This document shows positions 17,935-25,645 of a stretch of 64,000 nucleotides of DNA, piece by piece. The DNA comes from Hyphomicrobiales bacterium. Lineage in GTDB: Bacteria > Pseudomonadota > Alphaproteobacteria > Rhizobiales > NORP267. Both the position numbers and the translations under genes were made by a program. Position 1 is the first letter of the stretch. The number at the start of each line of letters is the position of its first letter. Under the pieces are notes generated by a model. It did no database searches. It worked only from the letters and a program-made list of their open reading frames with translations, and had not been told where the DNA came from. Location: assembly GCA_030688605.1 (NCBI GenBank), contig JAUYJB010000051.1, positions 304-64,303 on the forward strand. The letters run 5' to 3'.

Positions 17935-19211
17935 CCGGCGCGCTCATCTCGATCGCGTTTCTGTGCGGGCTTTTGGTGCTGCGCGTGCCGATGCTGGTCT
18001 CCATCGCCGCCGCGGTGATCCTCAATTTCTACTTCTCCGGCGCCTGGGCGCTGACCCTGCCGCAGACCATGATGTCGGGAATGAACCGCTTCGTGCTCAT
18101 CGCCTTGCCGCTGTTCGTGCTCGCCGGCGGGCTGATGAACGCCGGCGGCATATCGGCGCGGCTGTTCGAGTTCGCCCGCGCCATCGTCGGGCCGCTGCGC
18201 GGCGGGCTCGCCCACGTCAACGTGGTGACCAGCATGTTCTTCGGCGGCATGATCGGCTCCTCGACGGCCGATCTCGCCGGCACCGGCTCGATCGTGATTC
18301 CGGCGATGAAGGAGAACGGCTACCCGGCCGCCTTCTCCGCCGCGGTTACCGCGTCGTCGGCCGGCATCGGGCCGATGATCCCGCCAAGCTCGCCGATGAT
18401 CCTCTATTCGGCGGTGACCGGCGTGTCGCTCGGCGCGCTGTTCCTCGCCGGCCTCATTCCCGGCATCCTGCTCGGCCTGTCGCAGATGCTGATCATCGCC
18501 TATCTGGCGCGGCGGCGCGGCTGGAAGCCCTATTCCGCCTTCGCCTTCGCGGAGGTCTTGCGGACGGGAAAGCGCGCCTTCCTGTCATTCGGCCTGCCGG
18601 TGATCATCGTCGGCGGGCTCGTCGTCGGGGTGTTCACGCCGACGGAAGCGGGCTCCTTCGCGGTCATGTACGCCTTTGTCCTGGCAACTTTCGTTTACGG
18701 CCATCTCGATCTGAAGGCGCTCTACCGCGTCGTCGTCAACTCCGTGCAGCTCACCGGCGAATTGCTGATCATCGTCAGCCTGTCTTTCGCGCTCGGCGCG
18801 GGCCTCACCAACGCCCACGTTCCCGAGGCGCTGGTTCACCTCATCGACTTTTTCGTCGTCGGCGAGAGCGAGTATCTGCGCCTCCTGGCGCTGGTGTTCC
18901 TGGCCATCCTTGCCGGCATGATCCTCGACCCGCTGATCCCGGTGCTGGTGCCGATCATCCTGCCGACGCTCCTCGCCTTCAATGTCGACCTCATCCATTT
19001 CGGCGTGCTGATGGTGATCGCGGTGGTGATCGGGCAGGTGACGCCGCCGATGGCCATCGCGCTGATCATTGCCGGGCGCATCGCCGATGTCGACCAGATG
19101 GAGGTGCTGAAGGCCAACATGCCCTTCTTCTGGGGCATCGTCGTCTTTTTGCTGCTCGCCATCGCCGTGCCGGGGGTGGCGACCTGGCTGCCCTCGCTGA
19201 TGCGGGGGTGA
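17931..19211 (+). CDS. dctM: TRAP transporter large permease (DctM family)
   Basis: 426-aa polytopic membrane protein. PLFVLAGGLMNAGGIS, MFFGGMIGSSTADLAGTGSIVIPAMK and IHFGVLMVI are typical of DctM. Confidence 0.9.
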   Translation: MTGALISIAFLCGLLVLRVPMLVSIAAAVILNFYFSGAWALTLPQTMMSGMNRFVLIALPLFVLAGGLMNAGGISARLFEFARAIVGPLRGGLAHVNVVTSMFFGGMIGSSTADLAGTGSIVIPAMKENGYPAAFSAAVTASSAGIGPMIPPSSPMILYSAVTGVSLGALFLAGLIPGILLGLSQMLIIAYLARRRGWKPYSAFAFAEVLRTGKRAFLSFGLPVIIVGGLVVGVFTPTEAGSFAVMYAFVLATFVYGHLDLKALYRVVVNSVQLTGELLIIVSLSFALGAGLTNAHVPEALVHLIDFFVVGESEYLRLLALVFLAILAGMILDPLIPVLVPIILPTLLAFNVDLIHFGVLMVIAVVIGQVTPPMAIALIIAGRIADVDQMEVLKANMPFFWGIVVFLLLAIAVPGVATWLPSLMRG

Positions 19212-19226
19212 GGCGTTTGCCGCGGT

Positions 19227-20180
19227 CTAAAGATGCAGCTCGCCGAGCGGCGCGGCGGCGCGGCTGGTCTCGCGCAGGCGCATCGCCGCGCGCGAGGCGT
19301 CGCCGAGATGCTCGCGCATGATCTCGGCGGCGCGCTCATTCTCGCCTGCCTCCAACAGGTCGATGATGCGCAGATGCTCGCGGCACTGGCGCGCGAGCCT
19401 GTCGGTGTCGATGGCGCCCTGATGCTCGATTAGCCGGCGCAGCCGGTTCTGCCGCTTTAATGCCTCGAGATAGAACGGGTTGCCCGAGCAGCGCATCAGC
19501 ATCTCGTGAAAGGCCGCGCCGGTCTCGAACACCTCCTCGCGGCTTGCCCGGCTCGCATCTTCGGCCAGCAGCCGTTCCTGGGCCAGGCGGGCCTCGGCGA
19601 AGGCCCGTCTGTCGACTTTGAATGCAGGTTCCAGCAACGCCGCCGGCTCGATCCCCATGCGAAACTGGTAGCTCTGGGCGTAGGCCTTCTGCGAGGTAAG
19701 GACAGGCAGGAAGGCCCAGCCATAGCCCGGCTTGCGCTCGATCCAGCCATTCTGCTCGATCTTCAACAGCATGGCCTGAAGCTGCGAGCGGGAGATGTTG
19801 TAGTGGCGCATCAGGTCGGCCTCCCGGAACGCCTCCGGGAGGCGCCCGGCAAGCCGGTCGGCGACCAGCGACAGAAAGCTCTCATCGTCGGCATCGAGCG
19901 GCTTGAGGGCATCGCGCGCGCGGGCAAGACCGGCCCTGTCGGCGGTCAGGAAGAAGCCGCGATTGGGCCTGCTCTCGACGATGTCCAGGCGCTTCAGAAG
20001 CTCGAGCGCCTCGCGGATCGGCGACGGCGATACGCCGAACGCCTGCGCCAGGCGCGAGGCCGGCAGATGATCGCCGACGGTCCACTCGTTATCGCGCGCC
20101 TGTTCGACGATCCGGCGGGCAAGTTCCGGCGCCAATCCTGCCGGGGCGAGATTTGTGGGCGGCCGCATGGCTTTGCTCAT
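19227..20180 (-). CDS. GntR family transcriptional regulator (two wHTH modules + FCD-like domain)
   Basis: The N-terminal LPASRLAQAFGVSPSPIREALELLKRLDIVESRPNRGFFL is a GntR wHTH. A second wHTH-like segment follows (LMRHYNISRSQLQAMLLKIEQNGWIERKPGYGWAF), then a helical FCD-like C-terminus. Confidence 0.85.
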   Translation of the reverse strand: MSKAMRPPTNLAPAGLAPELARRIVEQARDNEWTVGDHLPASRLAQAFGVSPSPIREALELLKRLDIVESRPNRGFFLTADRAGLARARDALKPLDADDESFLSLVADRLAGRLPEAFREADLMRHYNISRSQLQAMLLKIEQNGWIERKPGYGWAFLPVLTSQKAYAQSYQFRMGIEPAALLEPAFKVDRRAFAEARLAQERLLAEDASRASREEVFETGAAFHEMLMRCSGNPFYLEALKRQNRLRRLIEHQGAIDTDRLARQCREHLRIIDLLEAGENERAAEIMREHLGDASRAAMRLRETSRAAAPLGELHL

Positions 20181-20189
20181 CGCGCCGCG

Positions 20190-21128
20190 TCAAAGGTTAG
20201 CCGGCGCCGGCGGCGGCAGCGGGTGCTCGTCGTGATACTTGGCCTTCACGTAACCGGAAATGTCCAGGTGCCGGCGCATCAGCTCCGCCGCCCCGGGGCA
20301 GTCGCCGGCCTCGATCCGATCGATGATCTCCAGATGCTCCCGGCACTGGCGCTGAATCCGATCCTTGTCCAGCGTGATGCGATATTCCATGAGCCGCCGC
20401 AGCCGGTTCTGGCGCCTGAGCTCATCCAAGGCATAGGGGTTGCCGGAGCAGCCGACCACCGTCTCGTGGAAATCGCAACCGAGCTCGAACACGTGCACCG
20501 GCGTCAACCGCTCCATGTCGGCACCCAATAGCTCGGACTGCTGGGCCCGACAGTGAAGGTAGATCTTCTCATCCATGTGATAGCCCGGCTCGAGGATCGC
20601 CGCTGGCTCCACCGCCTTGCGGAAGGAATAGCTCTGAAACACCGCTTCGCGGGAGGTGAGCACCGGCAGGAACTGCCATCCATAGCCGGGCTTGCGGGCA
20701 ACCCACCCTTCCTTGGCCATGCGCGCCAGCATGCGCCGGAGTTGCGACCGGGTGACCGGGTAGCGGCGCGCCAGCTCAGCCTCGGTGACGCGGTCGGCAA
20801 GCCGGCCGATCAGCCGGTCCTGGGCGACGCCTAAATATAGCTCGTCCTCCAAAGGCACGGAGATGAGCCGCCGCACCTCCGGCAATGCCGATCGCGCGGC
20901 GGCGAGAAAGAAACCGCGGTTCCTGTGCGCCTCGACCACATTGAGGCTCGACAGCTTGAGCAGGGCGTTACGCACCGGCGAACGGGAGACCTTGAAAGCG
21001 TCGGCGAAGCGCTGGGCGGCAAGATGCTCGCCGCGCTGCAGATGGTTGCGCTCGATATAGTCGACGATCCTCAGCGCCACCTGATTCGTCAGGCTGGCAT
21101 TGATCTCTCTTTCCGATACGACCGTCAT
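20190..21128 (-). CDS. GntR family transcriptional regulator, paralogue of 19227-20180
   Basis: Same architecture as its neighbour: LAAQRFADAFKVSRSPVRNALLKLSSLNVVEAHRNRGFFL, then LARRYPVTRSQLRRMLARMAKEGWVARKPGYGWQF, then an FCD-like C-terminus. The two proteins are collinear along their whole length. Confidence 0.85.
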   Translation of the reverse strand: MTVVSEREINASLTNQVALRIVDYIERNHLQRGEHLAAQRFADAFKVSRSPVRNALLKLSSLNVVEAHRNRGFFLAAARSALPEVRRLISVPLEDELYLGVAQDRLIGRLADRVTEAELARRYPVTRSQLRRMLARMAKEGWVARKPGYGWQFLPVLTSREAVFQSYSFRKAVEPAAILEPGYHMDEKIYLHCRAQQSELLGADMERLTPVHVFELGCDFHETVVGCSGNPYALDELRRQNRLRRLMEYRITLDKDRIQRQCREHLEIIDRIEAGDCPGAAELMRRHLDISGYVKAKYHDEHPLPPPAPANL

Positions 21129-21259
21129 TGTCCTTGTTCACCGTCGTGAGCGCGGCGGGGCCGGCCCCACGATACCGGCCCGCACGCAAATGGCAATCAA
21201 ATCCTCGACTTACGATAACCTCGCCGGTCTCCCACCCGTCGCCGCCATCTCTCTTTCGA

Positions 21260-21280
21260 GCCATGCAGCGCCTGCATGGC
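21260..21280. promoter_or_regulatory. perfect palindrome GCCATGCAG-cgc-CTGCATGGC
   Basis: 9-bp arms, located 130 bp upstream of the GntR gene start (21128, minus) and upstream of the small ORF at 21389. Its function is unknown. Confidence 0.3.
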
Positions 21281-21388
21281 TGGCATCCGCAATTGCACAT
21301 TGTGCAGCGCAGCGCAAAACGTCATCTATCAACCAACAAAGAAACGCAAATAGGCATCCATCGAACAACAATACAAAGGAGACCACCC

Positions 21389-21601
21389 GTGTCGCATACC
21401 CTTGGCCTAACCCATTTCGGCGCCGCAGGCCGCAGCGCGTGGGGCAATATCTTCTCGCTGATCGGCCCGGCTATCCGCGTTGCCCGCGCCGTCGAGCAGC
21501 GCAACAGGCCCAGCGAGGCAGACCTGCGCGCCCTCAGCCTCAAGCCGAGCGATTTCGACCGCGTTCTGGCGGCCGAGCGCTCAGTCCCGGCCGTCGAATA
21601 A
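21389..21601 (+). CDS. hypothetical small protein (70 aa)
   Basis: GTG at 21389 preceded by AAGGAG (21376-21381). The frame has strongly G/C-biased third codon positions by my hand reading. Product: SHTLGLTHFGAAGRSAWGNIFSLIGPAIRVARAVEQRNRPSEADLRALSLKPSDFDRVLAAERSVPAVE. I recognise no family. Confidence 0.45.
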   Translation: MSHTLGLTHFGAAGRSAWGNIFSLIGPAIRVARAVEQRNRPSEADLRALSLKPSDFDRVLAAERSVPAVE

Positions 21602-21993
21602 TCGGCACCAAACAGACACGGAGCAAGAACACCAGCCCCGACGGCCCGCGAGCCGGCCCCGGCCGGCCGCGAAGGGCCATGATCGTATCCGCCCGGCAAA
21701 AATCGTCCCAGATCCACCATCGAGGCGGCCGGCGCGCAGGCACAAGACCGGAAACCGCGCCGGCGACGACCTCTCCTCCAGTCCTTGTTCAAGCATGATC
21801 GGCCGATAGGGCATCAGGGTATCGATCCGGTCCGTCGGATCGATATCGTATGGCCGGGAAATCGCCCGCATCGGGGAGCCGACGGACCGCCGCAGAGGTG
21901 GCGCCCCGTCCTCGCCGAGCTTGTAGCAGCGTATCAACAGCCTCCCGTTATCCATAAGCATCGTTGACAAATCTGTGGCATAGTTCCGCCGTG

Positions 21994-22012
21994 ATTCGCA
22001 CCATGTGCGAAT
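21994..22012. promoter_or_regulatory. operator-like palindrome ATTCGCAC-cat-GTGCGAAT upstream of the first microprotein gene
   Basis: Perfect 8-bp arms. It lies 25 nt downstream of a TTGACA hexamer (21964-21969) and 27 nt upstream of the ATG at 22039. Confidence 0.35.
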
Positions 22013-22038
22013 TAGGGGAAATAGTGAGGGAATACATC

Positions 22039-22266
22039 ATGGAGATCATGAAACGAACCAGCACTGTTATTGGTCAGCTGATCGAAATCGGTATCGCCTT
22101 GCTGGCCTTGGCAATCGTGCTGTCGTTGCTCATAGGCGGAACTTTGCCGTTCTTCGGTTCCGTCGTAGACAACCTCATGGCCCTCGTCGGCTCGCTGGGC
22201 GGTAACGGGCTTGTCGGGCTGATCGTCCTTGGCATCATTCTGTGGCTGTTTGGCAGGTACACCTGA
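22039..22266 (+). CDS. small two-TM membrane protein (75 aa), paralogue A
   Basis: GAGGGA Shine-Dalgarno at 22026-22031 and ATG at 22039. Product: MEIMKRTSTVIGQLIEIGIALLALAIVLSLLIGGTLPFFGSVVDNLMALVGSLGGNGLVGLIVLGIILWLFGRYT. It has two hydrophobic helices. Confidence 0.55.
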   Translation: MEIMKRTSTVIGQLIEIGIALLALAIVLSLLIGGTLPFFGSVVDNLMALVGSLGGNGLVGLIVLGIILWLFGRYT

Positions 22267-22297
22267 GGGACTCTAAAGCCCAAGTAGTCGTTTCGAG

Positions 22298-22320
22298 GTG
22301 AGGGGCCAATTGCCCCTCAC
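22298..22320 (+). terminator. GC-rich hairpin between the two microprotein genes
   Basis: GTGAGGGGC (22298-22306) / caatt / GCCCCTCAC (22312-22320) forms a perfect 9-bp stem. The trailing T-tract is weak (ttctc), so it may be an attenuator or RNA-stability element rather than a full terminator. Confidence 0.35.
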
Positions 22321-22334
22321 TTCTCGGAGGCGAA

Positions 22335-22568
22335 ATGGACAACATTGCCAAGATCGCCCAGATCGCATGGCGTGTCATCGAATTGCTCGTCCAGGCGATC
22401 CTCATTCTGACTCTCCTCGCCATACTTATCGGCGACCAGGCCGGCAGCGTCGCAAATTCCGTATATCTGAACGTCAGCGTCTTTTTGGCCGGACTGCCGC
22501 CGTCATCCATCGCGGTGGCCGTTCTGATTGCGGTCCTGATTTGGTGGAACAAGAAAGCCGTCACTTGA
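22335..22568 (+). CDS. small two-TM membrane protein (77 aa), paralogue B
   Basis: GGAGG at 22326-22330 and ATG at 22335. Product: MDNIAKIAQIAWRVIELLVQAILILTLLAILIGDQAGSVANSVYLNVSVFLAGLPPSSIAVAVLIAVLIWWNKKAVT. Its layout is collinear with paralogue A. Confidence 0.55.
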   Translation: MDNIAKIAQIAWRVIELLVQAILILTLLAILIGDQAGSVANSVYLNVSVFLAGLPPSSIAVAVLIAVLIWWNKKAVT

Positions 22569-22745
22569 AAATTGGTTTTGGCGCGGTCGCTCGGCCCTCG
22601 TGGCCGTGCTTGATTGCGAGAGTCGGGTGATTTGGGAGGACAGATCGTCCTCGTTCGAGGCCGCTCTGAAGGGTGGGGTTGACGCAATTTCCGTCGCGCC
22701 CGCGCCGGTTCCCGAAAAATTGGAATCGTAAGACCGGCAATCGGT

Positions 22746-25337
22746 CTAGGCCGCCGCAACCTTGCGCAGGAATGTCCCGACCACGCCGCTCAGGCGCCGG
22801 GTTTGGGCGGCAACTTCGGCGGACGCCTGGGCCAGCTGCGCGGCCGAGCCGTTGGTTTCCACTGTGGCGTCCTGAACCCTGGAAATATTGCTGGCCACGC
22901 CGCGCGTGCCGGCGGCCGCCTCGTGCACGTTCTGCGAAATTTCGTTTGTCGCCATGCCCTGCTCCTCGACCGCCGCGGCAATCGACAGGGTGTAGTGATT
23001 GACCTCTTCCATGGTCGCGGCGATCGCCTGGATTCCGCCGACGGCGTCCTCGGTCGACATCTGGATTGCCGATATCTGCGAGGCGATCTCCTCGGTGGCC
23101 TTGGCCGTCTGGTTGGCCAGCGACTTGACCTCCGCGGCGACGACCGCGAAGCCCTTGCCCATTTTGCCGGCCCGTGCCGCCTCGATCGTGGCGTTGAGAG
23201 CGAGCAGGTTCGTCTGTTCGGCGATCTCCTTGATCAGGGTGACAACCTCGCCGATCTTGGATGTGGCCTCGACGAGGCTTGCGACCTTGTGGTTGGTTGA
23301 ATGCGCGCCGCTGGTCGCCGCGGCGACGATCTCGGAAGCCCTGACCGCCTGCTTGCCGATCTCCGTGATCGACGAACTCAGCTCTTCTGCGGCCGAGGCA
23401 ACGGTTTCGACATTGATCGAGGCGGCCTTCGAGGCCGCGGCCGCATTCGACGCCTGGCCGGAGGTCTCGTCGGAGGTGCGGGAGAGCGCTGTCGCGGTCG
23501 CCTGCATCTCATCCATGGTGGTCCCGACCTTGTGGATCAGTTCCTCCGTTTCAGCGCGGAATTCGTTCACCAGCGCATCGATGCTTTCCTGCCGCCGAGC
23601 TTTGCCGGCCTGATCGCGGCGGGCTGCTTCCTCGAGGCGATTGCGGACCAGGGCGTTCTCGCGAAATATGGCAACCGCGTCGATCATGTCGCCGACCTCG
23701 TCGCGGCGGGTGTTGGCGTCGAGTTCAACCGAAAGATCGCCCTGCGCCATGCGACGCATATTGGCCACGAGTTGCGCCAATGGCTTGGCCATGCCGCGAT
23801 CGACGACGAAGATGCCGATGGCCACCGCGATCGCGAAACTCGCGACCCCGACCAGGATCAAGGCCCATCCGCTGCCCTTGAACTGCCGCTCGATGCCGAT
23901 GGCCTGCACCTCAATCCGGCCACGCTCGAAATCGATCAGCCGGTCGATCTGGCGCCCAAGCTCTTCGCCGGCAACAAACACGGTTCGGACGATGAACTTG
24001 GCTCGCTCGGCGGCATCGAATTCCGAGAGACGCAGCCCGAGAAGGCCCCGGTCCGGATCGGCGAAATCGATCAGATCCTCCACCAGGCCGGCGATCTCAT
24101 TGTTCATGATGACCCGCATTGCCCGCCGCATCCGCGCGGCTTCCAGGGTCACCTTGTCCTGCAACGGCGCGATCCGGCGGCGGTCCTCGGCGAGCGCACC
24201 TTGGACGACGAGGGCGACATAATGGTGAAGGCTCGTGTCCGCCTCCAGGGTGGCCCTTATCTTTCCGAGCTGGTTGTCGAGCAGATCGGCCATCGCCGCG
24301 CTGTTGGACTCGATCGCGCTGTCCGCGGCGCTGGTCAGCTTGAAGATCTGATCGTCGATGGCCTTCAACAGCGCATTGTCGACCGACTGCTGCAGATCGA
24401 TCACCTTGGCCAATGTGTGACTTGGGTCGGAGGCGTCGGCCCCGGCGAGAGACAGCCTGCCCTTGCCGCTCAGTTCCTCCTCGGCCAGGGCCAGAAGGTT
24501 CTTGATGCCGGCCTCCGCGTCGGCCGCGGTGGCGTCCTGCGGCAACCTCCCCAGGAACGCGGTGAGGTGCCCGCGGACGGCGGTCAATTTGCTTTCGAGG
24601 CTCATTGCCCGTTGTGGGTCATCGGCCAGCGCGTGCGAGGTGATGAGGCCGGCCAGCAGGCTGATCTGCGGACGCGATTCGAACAATGACCACAGGCCAA
24701 CCATCTCCTTGTTGACCAGTGTGTTGACGATCTCGTTGCTGTTTTGCGCCGCGGCTTTGCCGCCCTCGATCAGCGAGGAATAGGCGTCGTCGACCATCGG
24801 TCCGAGCTTGGCGGTGGCGGCCACGTGATAGGCGAACAGCTTGTGCAGCCAGTCGAGCTTCTGGCGGCGCAGGGCGAGCCACGCCTTGGTGACGTCGTCG
24901 AGCGCATCGAGTTTCGCGGCGAAGGAACTGGCGCCGGCTTTCAGGTCCTCGAGCACGAAGGTGGCGGCGGCGTTCATTTCGATCTTCGCGGTGTCGGCCT
25001 GCAACTTTCCGATGGCCTCGCGCAGTCGCGCACTCGCCGCTGCCCGCGCTTCCTCGGCTTCGGCCGCGGCGAGATCGGCCGCGGCGATCGTCACGTCGGT
25101 GCTGCGGATGGCCAGCGCCGCGGCGCTGCGGATGGCCGGGATTTCCTGTTTCGACAGGTGAGAGAACGCGATGGCGACCGCCTGGAAGGAATAAATGCCG
25201 ATCGCGACCGCCGACAAGGTCAGCATGGCGCTGGCGCCGAAGGCGGCAAATAGCTTGCCCCGCACACCCATTCGCCACATCCAGCCAAATACGATTGACC
25301 GGCCCAATGCCCGATTGCCGCCCTTGTCCATGCTCAC
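22746..25337 (-). CDS. methyl-accepting chemotaxis protein with a very large (about 450 aa) helical periplasmic sensor region
   Basis: TM1 ([23 protein letters not shown]), TM2 ([22 protein letters not shown]), HAMP ([18 protein letters not shown]) and the MCP signalling hairpin [39 protein letters not shown]. Confidence 0.9.
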   Translation of the reverse strand: MSMDKGGNRALGRSIVFGWMWRMGVRGKLFAAFGASAMLTLSAVAIGIYSFQAVAIAFSHLSKQEIPAIRSAAALAIRSTDVTIAAADLAAAEAEEARAAASARLREAIGKLQADTAKIEMNAAATFVLEDLKAGASSFAAKLDALDDVTKAWLALRRQKLDWLHKLFAYHVAATAKLGPMVDDAYSSLIEGGKAAAQNSNEIVNTLVNKEMVGLWSLFESRPQISLLAGLITSHALADDPQRAMSLESKLTAVRGHLTAFLGRLPQDATAADAEAGIKNLLALAEEELSGKGRLSLAGADASDPSHTLAKVIDLQQSVDNALLKAIDDQIFKLTSAADSAIESNSAAMADLLDNQLGKIRATLEADTSLHHYVALVVQGALAEDRRRIAPLQDKVTLEAARMRRAMRVIMNNEIAGLVEDLIDFADPDRGLLGLRLSEFDAAERAKFIVRTVFVAGEELGRQIDRLIDFERGRIEVQAIGIERQFKGSGWALILVGVASFAIAVAIGIFVVDRGMAKPLAQLVANMRRMAQGDLSVELDANTRRDEVGDMIDAVAIFRENALVRNRLEEAARRDQAGKARRQESIDALVNEFRAETEELIHKVGTTMDEMQATATALSRTSDETSGQASNAAAASKAASINVETVASAAEELSSSITEIGKQAVRASEIVAAATSGAHSTNHKVASLVEATSKIGEVVTLIKEIAEQTNLLALNATIEAARAGKMGKGFAVVAAEVKSLANQTAKATEEIASQISAIQMSTEDAVGGIQAIAATMEEVNHYTLSIAAAVEEQGMATNEISQNVHEAAAGTRGVASNISRVQDATVETNGSAAQLAQASAEVAAQTRRLSGVVGTFLRKVAAA

Positions 25338-25645
25338 ATCACGTTTCTATTGGCCCAACGGGTAAAGCCGGTGCCACGTGCCCGATTGAGCCGTTTGACC
25401 GCGACACATGCTCTTCTCCTGCCCATCCCCCCGTTCCGGTCGCTTGCCCAGGACAACCGACAGCCGGGAGCCTCGCTAAGGAAGGTTGACGCAACACGGG
25501 ACGGACAGACGGAGGCCGCTCGGTTCGCCCCGCCTCACCCGAGCCGGTCGCCGCCGCCACTATGCGGAGCGGAGATGAATGGTTGGTAAAATGCGTGCGC
25601 GATTGCCGGCCGAACGGCTTGCGCCCTCCCCTGCGGCATGGTTTC

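Noticed and set aside
21281-21296. Sigma-54-like sequence TGGCATccgcaaTTGC
   Set aside because: GG and GC are separated by 11 nt rather than the essentially invariant 10 nt, so it is unlikely to be a functional -24/-12 promoter.
21581-21970. 129-aa minus-strand ORF divergent from the microprotein genes
   Set aside because: The first ~60 codons have coding-like G/C-rich third positions (MLMDNGRLLIRCYKLGEDGAPPL...). The C-terminal half is Arg/Gly/Trp/Cys-rich junk, and I recognise no family. It may be a gene remnant, and I leave it unresolved rather than call it.
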